Assembly: GCA_038845975.1 (NCBI GenBank)
Contig: JAWBQF010000001.1
Location: 96,743-160,742, forward strand
Direction: 5' to 3'
Source of the DNA: Candidatus Methanomethylicia archaeon
GTDB taxonomy: Archaea; Thermoproteota; Methanomethylicia; CALHIW01
DNA length: 64,000 nucleotides
Shown: piece after piece, positions 30,994 through 41,336 of the stretch
Numbering within the stretch: the stretch's first letter is position 1
Layout: every line of letters starts with the position of its first letter
Made by a program: the position numbers and the translations under genes
Notes under the pieces: model-generated
Databases searched by the model: none
What the model was told of the DNA's origin: nothing
Seen by the model: only the letters and a program-made list of their open reading frames with translations

Positions 30994-33666
30994 TTACGTT
31001 ATTTTTATTTTAAGAATTTTTCGAATTTCATCAACTACAAGCATGACTAAGGGAGCTATAGCCATATAGGCAAAAATCTCTAAAGGTAATGGAACCGCTG
31101 AGAAAGCAATATTGATCGGTGTATAAATAACTATAAGCTGAAGTATTAATGATATTAGTAATGTAGGGATAAGCCATTTATTTCCAGGTAGTCTCCAAAT
31201 ATTAATATTCTCACTTCTAGAGGCCAAAGCTCTACCGAACTCTGAGAGCACTAAAGCTGTAAATGCAGCTGTCTGAGCAAATTGACGCCCGAAACTTAAT
31301 AAACTAGAAAATAGCGTTATAACAAAGATACCTAAGATAGTGCCCATAGCTATGTAGTACATGAGCTTCCTTTTAGTTATGAATCTCTCTTTAGCTGATC
31401 TAGGAGGTTTTTCAAGTATTCCAGGTTCAGCAGGTTCGAAGCCTAATGCCACCGCTGGAAGAGCATCTGTTACAACGTTAATCCATAGCAGATGTACTGG
31501 TTTAAGAATTGCAGGTAATCTAAGCAACTCAGCACCGAAGACTGTAGCAACCTCACCTAAATTACATGTAAGTAGGTAGTTAATAGGTTTCTTGAGGTTT
31601 TCGAAGATAATCCTACCTTCCTTAATAGCCTCAACTATAGTTACAAAGTTATCGTCTAGCAATACTAATTGGGAAGCTTCTTTAGCAACTTCAGTTCCCT
31701 TAATACCCATTGCAATACCTATGTCAGCCATCTTAAGTGCTGGTGCATCATTAACCCCATCACCAGTCATAGCTACCCTATAACCTTTGCTTTTCAGTAT
31801 TTTAACTATTCTAGCCTTATGCTCAGGTGTTACTCTTGCATAAACATTAATCTTATCCACTACATTAGCAAACTCACCGTCACTCATTGCCTCTAACTCT
31901 TTACCTTCAAGAATGTTTTCCTCACTAACATCTAGTCCAATCATCTTACTAATAGCCATAGCTGTTAGTTTATGATCGCCAGTAACCATTACAACCTTAA
32001 TACCTGCTCTCCTACATACATCTACAGCTTCTTTAACACCTTCTCTAGGGGGATCGATAATACCTAAAACAGCTAGGAATGTTAGCTCCCTTTCTACATC
32101 TTCTACATTCTCAGGTATATAATCTATTAATTTATAAGCAACACCAAATGTTCTATAGCCGCTTGAGGCAAGCTCAGTTACATAATCAATAATACGTTTC
32201 CTAGTTTCAAAAGTTATATTATCCTCAGCTCCATTATTCCTTACCCTGCTTGAAATATCTAGGAGCATTTCAGGTGCACCTGAAGATATTACTAAGTACT
32301 TGCCGTCGGCTTCATGTATTGTTGTCTTTCTCTTCCTGAACCTGTCGAATGGAAAGACTTTAACAATCCCGTATTTCCCTACTGCTACCTTAACATTCTC
32401 ATCACCTAACCCCTTATATGCAAGGGCTAGAGCAGCTCCTTCAGTTGGGGATCCTAAAACCTTCCATTGACCTTCCTCAAAAACTAGTTTAACATCTGGT
32501 ACTGTATGGATGGCTAGGGATTCCAGTAATAGTTTAATGTCATCTTTATTATCTATGCCTTCAGTAAGTCTTAAATCGCCTTTCGGCTCGAAACCACTAC
32601 CGGAAATCTCATATGTAGCATTCATCATTTTAATTACTTTAACGGTCATCTCGGCCTTAGTTATAGTACCAGTTTTATCACTGCAAATTATGTTGCAAGC
32701 ACCTAACCCCTCAACAGCTGCTAACCTTCTAACTAATGCATTCTTAGAGGCCATTCTTCTAGCACCTACAGCAAGTATAGCTGTAGCAATAGCGGGTAGG
32801 CCTTCAGGCACAGCAGCTACACCTAAAGCTACTGCCAACATCAGAGCATCTAATATATCCATAGATTCCAGGATCATCATCATAACAAATACTATAACAC
32901 ATATACCTAGAATTATTGTACCTATTCTCTTACCGAATTCATCTAATTCTATTTCGAGAGGGGTTTTTTCCTCCTTAGCTTCAACAACCATTTTAGTAAT
33001 CTTACCCAATTCAGTATTCATCCCAGTAGCAACTACAACAGCTTTACCCTTACCCTTAACAATGTAAGTACCGGTAAATAACATGTTTTTCCTATCACTA
33101 ACCATGGTTTCAGGAGGTAGGGTTATGTTAGCGAGTTTAGCGATAGGAACTGATTCCCCTGTGAGTGATGATTCATCTACCTCTAAATTAACTGATTCTA
33201 TAATTCTAGCATCCGCTGGTACTCTATCACCCTCACTAAGCATTAAAATATCGCCAGGAACCAATTCAGAAGCATCAATAACTTTCTCCTCACCACTTCT
33301 TAAAACCTTACAGGTTGGTGCTGCTAGCTTCTTTAAGGCTTCCAATGTTTTCTCAGCCCTAAACTCCTGGACAAAGCCCATTATAGCCATTATCATAACT
33401 ATTATTAAGATTGCAGTAGCATCTATGACCTCACCCAATATTAATGAAATTACTGTTGCTATTAATAGTATGCCTACTAGAAAGTTAGTAAACTGTTTCA
33501 CCAGTAATTTCAAAGGACTCTTTTTCTTAGCTACCAATTCATTACGACCATAAATACGAAGTCTTTCCTCAACATCTTTACTATTCAAACCCTCTAATCT
33601 ACTATTAATCTTCTGAAACACTTCCTCAACGGTTTGGGAATGCCAAGACATAGTCATTAACAACAC
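30994..33666 (-). CDS. P-type cation-transporting ATPase (type IIA Ca2+/PacL-like)
   Basis: LTGES, PEGL, DKTGT, TGDH, GDGVNDAP. Confidence 0.92.
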   Translation of the reverse strand: MLLMTMSWHSQTVEEVFQKINSRLEGLNSKDVEERLRIYGRNELVAKKKSPLKLLVKQFTNFLVGILLIATVISLILGEVIDATAILIIVMIMAIMGFVQEFRAEKTLEALKKLAAPTCKVLRSGEEKVIDASELVPGDILMLSEGDRVPADARIIESVNLEVDESSLTGESVPIAKLANITLPPETMVSDRKNMLFTGTYIVKGKGKAVVVATGMNTELGKITKMVVEAKEEKTPLEIELDEFGKRIGTIILGICVIVFVMMMILESMDILDALMLAVALGVAAVPEGLPAIATAILAVGARRMASKNALVRRLAAVEGLGACNIICSDKTGTITKAEMTVKVIKMMNATYEISGSGFEPKGDLRLTEGIDNKDDIKLLLESLAIHTVPDVKLVFEEGQWKVLGSPTEGAALALAYKGLGDENVKVAVGKYGIVKVFPFDRFRKRKTTIHEADGKYLVISSGAPEMLLDISSRVRNNGAEDNITFETRKRIIDYVTELASSGYRTFGVAYKLIDYIPENVEDVERELTFLAVLGIIDPPREGVKEAVDVCRRAGIKVVMVTGDHKLTAMAISKMIGLDVSEENILEGKELEAMSDGEFANVVDKINVYARVTPEHKARIVKILKSKGYRVAMTGDGVNDAPALKMADIGIAMGIKGTEVAKEASQLVLLDDNFVTIVEAIKEGRIIFENLKKPINYLLTCNLGEVATVFGAELLRLPAILKPVHLLWINVVTDALPAVALGFEPAEPGILEKPPRSAKERFITKRKLMYYIAMGTILGIFVITLFSSLLSFGRQFAQTAAFTALVLSEFGRALASRSENINIWRLPGNKWLIPTLLISLILQLIVIYTPINIAFSAVPLPLEIFAYMAIAPLVMLVVDEIRKILKIKIT

Positions 33667-34132
33667 AAAGCCTAATAGAAAGTATTGGCTTAAAAGGATT
33701 ATGTTATTTCCCCTAATGAATGTTGCTATTAGCTAGTTACATGTTACTCTAGATCTTCCCACGTATGTCTTCATGTAAGTTTAGGTTTCATTTAATGTAG
33801 AAAAGCTTTACTTCTCGCTACTTCATGTTTAAGCCTTGAGAAGCCTCTAAACTAGTTGTAGTATTCACATGTGGGCTCTGAGGTAGAACAATTCTTAGCA
33901 AGCGATTTAGATAAATCATAAAGAAATGCCTGCTCTAAACATCATTTTGTATGCCAAATATTTTACTAACAGTTGGAATAATTCCATTTATCTGGTTTAT
34001 ATGTCCTAGAAGTATAGTTAATAGTTCTCGGTATGAATCATTAAATGTTAAATCATTAAATCTGTAAACCATACTATACATTAGGTAATAATACAAGCAA
34101 AATAATATACATTACCATAATGATGGTTATTA

Positions 34133-35590
34133 CTATGAATTGACATTAATTATATTGGCTACTGCATTACTGAGTTTAAGCTCATATTCCTTAAGGCTCT
34201 TAGCTAGATTGTTAAAGTATTCTTCATCTTCTACCAAAGCTTTAAGTCTTACATTAATGGCTTTACTTACTATTCCAGGAGATGGACCGCCAATAACGCT
34301 ATGTAGATCTACAATGTAAACCGGATTAAGTATTTTTGAAACATCATCTATGCTTACATTAACTCCATATTTACTTAAAGCTTCTACTATCTCATCTGCT
34401 ATTAAAGTATTTCTATCTCTAAGTATTGATCCAACTATTCTATGAGATTCCCTAAACGAAATACCGCTTCTAACTAGAAGATTTGCAAGCTCAGTTGCTG
34501 CTGACATACCTTTTCTAACAGTCTCAATCAACCTATCAGTATTAAACTTCATCTTTAAAACAGCATCAATCATTACATCTAGAGTTGATGAAACGATACT
34601 ACATGCACTCCATAAATGCGGAGTTACTTCTTGAAGATCTAAATTGTAGCTTAGTGGTAGGGCTTTAAGTATTGTTAATATAGCTGTAAGATCTCCATAG
34701 ATACTACCTGTTTTCGCTCTTACAAGCTCAGCAATAACTGGATTTCTTTTCTGAGGCATTATGCTACTTGTAGATACAAGTTCATCTGGAAGATTTATGA
34801 AGCCAAATTCTAGGGTATTCCATAAAATTATCTCCTCTGCAAAGCTACTTAGATTAGTCATAATTAAAGATAAGGTGAAGACTGCTTCAGCTATAAAGTC
34901 TCTTGAGGATACAGCATCTATAGAGTTCTCTACTAATCCGTTAAACCCTAGAAGCTCAGCAACTCTAAATCTATCTATGTTGAAGCTTGATGTTGCAAGT
35001 GCAGCAGCACCCATGGGACTAATATTAACCCTACTGTAAACCTCCTTAATACGGTCAATATCCCTCTTAAGCCTATCGTGATGAGCAAGTAAAAGATGAG
35101 ATACGGTTATTGGCTGTGCATGTTGGAGATGAGTATATCCAGGCATTACAGCATCTATAAGTTCACAGCATCTCTTTAAAATAGCCTTTCTTAAACCTAT
35201 AAGCTTGAAAGCTATATTTAATAGTTCACTACGTAAAGCCATTCTAATAGCTGTTGCAACCTGATCATTTCTACTCTTAGCAATATTAACATTACCTCCA
35301 ATACTATAGCCAAGCTTACTGATAATGTAGGATTCAAGATTCATATGTATATCTTCAAGCATAGGGTCAAGCTTGAAGTCGGTAAGCTCATTAAGAACCT
35401 TTAAAATCTGGGAGGATTCATTCTCTTTCAGAATGTTTCTCTCAGTAAGCATTACTACATGTGCTTTAACGATATCGATAACATACTTCTTAATCTTTTC
35501 ATCAGCTAAAATCGAAGAGGTATATTCAGCAATTTTTCCACTAGGCTTATCAATTATGATTCCGCCACGTAATATATCGTTTAGCGACAT
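34133..35590 (-). CDS. argH: Argininosuccinate lyase
   Basis: SRNDQVAT, MPGYTHLQ, SSIMPQKRNP. Confidence 0.95.
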   Translation of the reverse strand: MSLNDILRGGIIIDKPSGKIAEYTSSILADEKIKKYVIDIVKAHVVMLTERNILKENESSQILKVLNELTDFKLDPMLEDIHMNLESYIISKLGYSIGGNVNIAKSRNDQVATAIRMALRSELLNIAFKLIGLRKAILKRCCELIDAVMPGYTHLQHAQPITVSHLLLAHHDRLKRDIDRIKEVYSRVNISPMGAAALATSSFNIDRFRVAELLGFNGLVENSIDAVSSRDFIAEAVFTLSLIMTNLSSFAEEIILWNTLEFGFINLPDELVSTSSIMPQKRNPVIAELVRAKTGSIYGDLTAILTILKALPLSYNLDLQEVTPHLWSACSIVSSTLDVMIDAVLKMKFNTDRLIETVRKGMSAATELANLLVRSGISFRESHRIVGSILRDRNTLIADEIVEALSKYGVNVSIDDVSKILNPVYIVDLHSVIGGPSPGIVSKAINVRLKALVEDEEYFNNLAKSLKEYELKLSNAVANIINVNS

Positions 35591-36786
35591 AAATTATGCT
35601 TTAAAAACTGATATGAAACTACTGATTGAAGGCCCCAAAGCTCTATAAATCCTTTAGCATAGGATTGATTAAATGTACTCCACTCCTCATATGTTGATAG
35701 CTTTAAGTCATATATTGAGTAGGGTGAAGATCTACCAACAACAGTAGCTAAGCCCTTAAATAGCTTAATTCTAACTTCACCATCAACTCTCTTCTGCGTC
35801 TCGTTTATGAAGGCTTCAAGATCAAGCCTTAACGGTTCAATCCAGAGACCAGTATAAACAAGATATGTCCACCACTGCTCAGTAATCTGTTTAAACATTA
35901 TTTCATTTCTTGTTAAAACCATTTTCTCAAGGTCTTTATGAGCTTCAATAATGGTAAGTGCAGCTGGACATTCATAAACTTCCCTCGACTTAATTCCTAC
36001 AAGTCTATCTTCGATATGATCAATTCTACCAATACCATGCCTACCAGCAATATTATTTAAATACTTTATTAACGAGACTGAATCCATAGATTCACCATTA
36101 ATATCTACCGGTACACCATTCTTAAACCCTATGGTAATGTATTCAGGAGTATTTGGAGCTTTATCCGGGTTTACAGTCCATTCAAAAGCATCTTCCGGAG
36201 GCTCAACTTCAGGATTCTCTATTGGACCACACTCAATAGATCTACCCCAAAGATTCTGATCTATACTATATGGGTTAGTTTTAATCTTTACAGGAATACC
36301 CTTAAGTCTAGCATACTCTAACTCACTACTTCTCGTTAGACCCCACTCTCTAACTGGAGCTATGATTTTCATAGCTGGATTTAAAGCCTTTAAAGTAACC
36401 TCAAATCTTACCTGATCATTACCCTTACCAGTACAACCATGAGCTACAGCATCAGCATCTTCCTTAGCTGCTACTTCAATAAGTTTTGAGGCAATTAATG
36501 GTCTTGAAAGAGCACTACTAACAGGATACTTACCCTCATAAAGTGCATTAGCCTTAATAGCTGGATAAACATAGCCTTCAATAAACTCCATTCTTGCATC
36601 TATAGAGTAATGTCTTGAAGCACCTATCTTTAAAGCTTTAGCTTCAATTTCCTCTAAATCATCTCCTTGACCAACATCAACAGTTACAGTAATAACTTCA
36701 GCATTATACTTTTCCTGGAGCCACTTAATAGCTACAGAAGTATCTAAACCGCCAGAGTACGCTAGGACAACTCTCATATCCATCAT
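35581..36786 (-). CDS. argG: Argininosuccinate synthase
   Basis: AYSGGLDTS, HGCTGKGNDQVRF, GIKSREVYE. Confidence 0.97.
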   Translation of the reverse strand: MMDMRVVLAYSGGLDTSVAIKWLQEKYNAEVITVTVDVGQGDDLEEIEAKALKIGASRHYSIDARMEFIEGYVYPAIKANALYEGKYPVSSALSRPLIASKLIEVAAKEDADAVAHGCTGKGNDQVRFEVTLKALNPAMKIIAPVREWGLTRSSELEYARLKGIPVKIKTNPYSIDQNLWGRSIECGPIENPEVEPPEDAFEWTVNPDKAPNTPEYITIGFKNGVPVDINGESMDSVSLIKYLNNIAGRHGIGRIDHIEDRLVGIKSREVYECPAALTIIEAHKDLEKMVLTRNEIMFKQITEQWWTYLVYTGLWIEPLRLDLEAFINETQKRVDGEVRIKLFKGLATVVGRSSPYSIYDLKLSTYEEWSTFNQSYAKGFIELWGLQSVVSYQFLKHNLCR

Positions 36787-36805
36787 GATGCTACAAATAG
36801 GAGCA

Positions 36806-36873
36806 ATAAAAACCTAATGTAGCATATGAAACAGTTTTTAAGTATTAATGTATTAAACGTAATAAGTTAATAC
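36806..36873 (-). promoter_or_regulatory. argG promoter/operator, near-duplicate of the carB upstream element
   Basis: ATAAAAACCTAATGTAGCATATGAAACA...TTAATGTATTAAACGTAATA matches 16748-16815. Confidence 0.75.
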
Positions 36874-37556
36874 TTACCAGATAAGCTACTTCTTACCTCA
36901 ATGATTTTCCTCTCTAAAACTTCATAGGCTCTTATAGCATCTACTCTATCAACTATTAGTATTGTATCAACATAGCATGATATTATCTGAGTTATATTTA
37001 CTCCATTCCTAAGTAGGGTAGATGTAATATACGATATAACACCTGGTGTTGTAATTATTTCCTTGGGACTCATAAGGATAATAGCTGACTGATTATGAAA
37101 AACAGTAATTACATTGCTTTTACCGATTAAGCTGAAAACATCATCACATGCACGTTGATCAATAGCAATAGTGAATGTTTCAGCTCCCTGTGTTAACTGT
37201 AGAAATCTTAGACTAGTTATTCTCCTCATTAACTCATCAAGCTTACCTACAAGGCCTTCCTGTCTTACAGTTATTAAAGCAACATCGTTTTTAAGCTCTA
37301 AAACTGTGTTTGCAATAATACTTAAAATGCTTTTATCAAGCTCCTCCCCCTCCCTCCTTAAATCCTCAGAGCATCTTATTAAAGCCATCTTAATAGCTTC
37401 AAGCTTAACTTTCCTACCTCCAAGAATTCTTGAAACATCATTCTGAATTCTTGAAGCTAGAGCAGTATAATTTATAATATCCATTCTTAAACATTCCATT
37501 ATACATGGACTATTATTAACAATCCTCCTTACAGCTTCAGCTATAGATACAACCAT
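36867..37556 (-). CDS. ACT-domain protein (N-terminal helical domain + tandem aspartokinase-like ACT)
   Basis: IINYTALA..I, TPGVISYI..L..NGVNI.Q.ISCY.D. Confidence 0.7.
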   Translation of the reverse strand: MVVSIAEAVRRIVNNSPCIMECLRMDIINYTALASRIQNDVSRILGGRKVKLEAIKMALIRCSEDLRREGEELDKSILSIIANTVLELKNDVALITVRQEGLVGKLDELMRRITSLRFLQLTQGAETFTIAIDQRACDDVFSLIGKSNVITVFHNQSAIILMSPKEIITTPGVISYITSTLLRNGVNITQIISCYVDTILIVDRVDAIRAYEVLERKIIEVRSSLSGKY

Positions 37557-37965
37557 AAACGTTTAAGTTAAGCTAAGCTAGTATTTAAACTCCACGCATA
37601 AATACAACCTAAAACATAGTTAGACCAATTCTTCAACTACTAAATTGTGAAGAATCCGACATTACAGGATAGCTTACTAGCTATATAGGGTTAAAAGTAA
37701 AGTATAGATTATCTATACTACTTTAATACACTCCTATAACAGACATTTAAATAATTCATTATTTAGACTTCTATCCAATGTATATATGATTCCCAATATG
37801 CTTTACGACATATTAAGCTAGGAGATGTAATATATTGTAAATGTGTTTATCATTGATGTTGAAGTGAAATGGTTAAATTGGAGAAATAAGAATCTTGTTC
37901 AGCTTTAAGCGGATTGCTAAGTTATCTATTGTTATTTAGAGCCTACATAAATTTGGTATTGCTAA

Positions 37966-38388
37966 CTATTGCAAGCTGAATTTCAACATAGCTAATCCTA
38001 GCTTTATAATGTCGCCGTCTTTAAGCTCCACCCTCTCAGTTATTAACTTATCATTTAGAAATGTTCCATTTGTACTTCCAAGATCTTCAATGTAGAATTT
38101 ACCGTTTTCAAAGAGTATTTGGGCATGCTTCCTTGAAACGTAGGGATCATTTATTTTTATGTCAGGCTCAATACCTGGTACAGGTCTACCAATAATTATC
38201 TTGGATGATGCTATTAGAAACTCTAACCCTGCAACAACACCATCAACACCTACAAGCTTAGCAACAGGTAGCTGAACTGGAGTAACTTCAGCGATTTCCG
38301 GTTTAGTTAAGCCGCAGGCTTCACATATATCTATGTTTTCCGCATTGTCATGCCCACATGAAGGACATTTCCAATTCATAACTATCAA
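37966..38388 (-). CDS. Zn-ribbon + FHA domain protein (ArnA-like)
   Basis: WKCPSCG..N..CEACG; FHA motifs GR, VSRKHA, DLGSTNGT. Confidence 0.9.
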   Translation of the reverse strand: MIVMNWKCPSCGHDNAENIDICEACGLTKPEIAEVTPVQLPVAKLVGVDGVVAGLEFLIASSKIIIGRPVPGIEPDIKINDPYVSRKHAQILFENGKFYIEDLGSTNGTFLNDKLITERVELKDGDIIKLGLAMLKFSLQ

Positions 38389-38420
38389 ATTATTTTACTA
38401 TTAGGGTTTATATAATTTAT

Positions 38421-40058
38421 CTAGACTATTTTATACTGTGTAAAGTTAGGTCTAGTGGAGTTTAATACTTGCTCAATCTGGACTCTTAACTCGCTTATAG
38501 AGTTGAATCTTAGTGTAGGATTGGGATTTATAGCTTTTAAAATTGTTTTTTCAAGTTGTTCAGGTATTTGTTTATTTAGTTTCCTCGGCTGTGGTAGTGT
38601 ATGTATCATTCTCCCCTGAAGGAGGAGTTTAGCTCTTTCTTCTAAGTGCTTACTACATAGAGGATACGTTAACATTTCATAGAGTACAAGTCCAAGCGAG
38701 TATATATCTGACTGTGGTAAAGCCCTACCCATCATCTGTTCGGGTGAAGCATATAAGGGTGTTGCCTGTACAGCTCTTCGTGAAGCATATACGGAGGAGC
38801 TGAAATCAACAATTTTTGTTAATAATCCTCCATTAACACTCTTAAACATTATGTTTTCAGGCTTAACATCTAAATGTAGTATTGGTGGACTTCTAGTATG
38901 AGCATATTCAAGAGCTTTACATATATCTAAAGCTATCTTTAAAGCTTCTTGAACTGTTAACGGTTTACCTCTACGCCTCAATAATGCTCTTAAGCTTCCC
39001 CCATCCATATACTCCATAACTATATATGGAGGATTAAGATTATACTTATCGTTACTATATGGAGGATCTATATGGACCTCTACTACTTTAGCTATGTTTT
39101 CATGATTTAGACTTAAAAGCATTAAAGCTTCTCTTTTAAAATCATCAATTAAACCCTTAATAGCGTAATCCTTCTTTAAAACCTTTACAGCATACGGTAA
39201 ACCAGTATTTTTATCTCTAGCTAAATATACATGAGCAAAAGTTCCATCCCCAATCCATTTCTCAATAATGTAAACCCCTAAACTCCTACTAGGAATCTTA
39301 ACAGTACTATTATTTACTCTACTTAAATCTTTATAGCTTAATCTTCCAGCTTGTTTTAACATCCAATTATCAATAGCCCCTAAACCAATAATTAGAATAC
39401 ATGATATAGCAATAACTAAAGCAAAAGTAGATATCCTTACAAGATCTAACGGTATAGTATTTAGGGCTAAATTATGGATAAAGTTTAGGAGTAAAACTGT
39501 AATTAGAATTATTGAGGAAGATTTTAGCGGAGACTTTACAGCTAGACATAACATAAAAAACAATAGGAATACAATTACTAAAGAAAAATACCAAGCAACT
39601 CCTAAAGAACTAATTAAGCCTAATAGAAACCAGTATGAAACAAAAACAATAGTTACAGAAACTATTGATGTAGATAATAGATAGGATAAGGGAAAACGAT
39701 TCCAACCCAACATAATCGTAACAGCTATGGGTATTGGTAGAATTTGAATAAGAATAGAGCTTCTAAGTCCAAGTAGGAATATAGTAAATACACTTAACGA
39801 ATATAAGGCTAAAATCAATGCTGCCATATTAATTGAAAATATTAAACGTGGACAAGTCTTAGGAGAAATAATATATAGAAACATTAAGAGAAGAAGAGAG
39901 ATAGAAAAGGAGAAAAATAAGTAGGAATAGCTAGGAAACAGTATGTAGGATCCCTCCATAATAAACCCTATGATTAAAGCTGAACCAATAATAGAAGCAA
40001 ATAAGAATGTGAAAGCAGCTAAAAGCTTCTTAGATAAAGTAGCTGCATGCTTCACCAT
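38421..40058 (-). CDS. Multi-TM membrane Hanks-type Ser/Thr protein kinase
   Basis: About 7-8 hydrophobic helices, then GDGTFA, YAVK, HLDVKPEN, DFS, YASPE, SDIYSLG. Confidence 0.9.
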   Translation of the reverse strand: MVKHAATLSKKLLAAFTFLFASIIGSALIIGFIMEGSYILFPSYSYLFFSFSISLLLLMFLYIISPKTCPRLIFSINMAALILALYSLSVFTIFLLGLRSSILIQILPIPIAVTIMLGWNRFPLSYLLSTSIVSVTIVFVSYWFLLGLISSLGVAWYFSLVIVFLLFFMLCLAVKSPLKSSSIILITVLLLNFIHNLALNTIPLDLVRISTFALVIAISCILIIGLGAIDNWMLKQAGRLSYKDLSRVNNSTVKIPSRSLGVYIIEKWIGDGTFAHVYLARDKNTGLPYAVKVLKKDYAIKGLIDDFKREALMLLSLNHENIAKVVEVHIDPPYSNDKYNLNPPYIVMEYMDGGSLRALLRRRGKPLTVQEALKIALDICKALEYAHTRSPPILHLDVKPENIMFKSVNGGLLTKIVDFSSSVYASRRAVQATPLYASPEQMMGRALPQSDIYSLGLVLYEMLTYPLCSKHLEERAKLLLQGRMIHTLPQPRKLNKQIPEQLEKTILKAINPNPTLRFNSISELRVQIEQVLNSTRPNFTQYKIV

Positions 40059-40140
40059 ACTGAAAATAAAGCGATAAAACTTAAATATGTATCCGCTAAA
40101 ATTATAGATAAATAAATATTCAGATGTTAATCATAAAGTA

Positions 40141-40890
40141 CTAGTATTGAACATTATAATGTATATGCATATTGAAGTCCCTATCGAAACCGTAGGGGAA
40201 GAAGCTAAAATCCACATTTACACTTCCAATATACTTCCAATCACCATTAATTCTTCTAGCCGGTATACCGTGACCTGGATAAAGAATATCGCCAGCCTCA
40301 ACAATTCTCTTTAAACTTTCAGTAGCCTGCTTTTCATCCCAAAAAACTAGAAGAGGCCTACCTAGCTTAATACATTGAATATTTGTTAATGCATCACCTG
40401 CAAGAATAGCTCTACCAATAGGTAAATCAATAACAAGCGATAAGCTACCAGCAGTATGTCCAGGAACCTCCATAACCACTACATTCTCAGCAACTTTGTA
40501 TCCGTTAGAAACTCTTCTTAAATCCATTTCCTCAAGAATATCAGTAATAAATCTTGGAGTTGCTAAATCATCATCTCTAGGAGATTTAGCATATATAAAT
40601 TCAGCATCACCAACAATAACCTCCGAATCCCTAAACAAATCTATATTTAATACGTGATCTCCATGTAGATGTGATAGTACAATACAATCTATCAATTTAG
40701 GATTTAACTCTAACCTACGAAGACCCTCAATAAGCATTCTCCTCGTTGGAAGATGTCCAACATCAAACAGTATGTATTTATCTGATCTAACAAGAATTTG
40801 TGACGCTAATCCGAAAACATAGGCTGATGCGAGGGGCGACGATGTTGAAAAGCCGGGAACAATTAAATTTACTGATACAGAATTAACCAT
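40141..40890 (-). CDS. Metallo-beta-lactamase-fold hydrolase (AHL-lactonase-like)
   Basis: SHLHGDH, PGHTAG, AGDA, PGHG. Confidence 0.85.
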   Translation of the reverse strand: MVNSVSVNLIVPGFSTSSPLASAYVFGLASQILVRSDKYILFDVGHLPTRRMLIEGLRRLELNPKLIDCIVLSHLHGDHVLNIDLFRDSEVIVGDAEFIYAKSPRDDDLATPRFITDILEEMDLRRVSNGYKVAENVVVMEVPGHTAGSLSLVIDLPIGRAILAGDALTNIQCIKLGRPLLVFWDEKQATESLKRIVEAGDILYPGHGIPARRINGDWKYIGSVNVDFSFFPYGFDRDFNMHIHYNVQY

Positions 40891-41336
40891 AATAAACTAT
40901 TGAGTTAGGTATATTTAAACTTATAATAAAGTTGTGAATAGTAATGCTTAACTATTAAGATAGTAGAATTAATATTAACTGATTGCTACATTTCATGTTA
41001 AATTACGCTATTATTACAGTATGTTTAATCTATAGTTTAATATTTCAGTTTATGAGAATGTATAATTTCCTATTATTATTTCTCTAGCTTAGTAAAATCC
41101 TAAATCCAAGAGGGAAAATACTAATCATGCGTATGCCTATAAAGCCAACATAAACACGAACAAGTTAATATTATGCTTAACTTAGAATTAAGATTTGAAA
41201 CATTAAACTAAATGTTAACATGCTTTAATACTACTCTCTAAGCTTCAGATATGGGAATACTATATTAACAGTTAAGTTAGATGTCTAACACAGTAGAAAC
41301 TATTATAAACTTTATGGATAAGTTCTTTAGGGCTTA

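Noticed and set aside
32510-33553. Long antisense ORFs opposite the P-type ATPase (likewise 51986-52627 opposite ECH, and many others)
   Set aside because: Shadow frames of well-supported genes, Ser/Ile-rich with no motifs.
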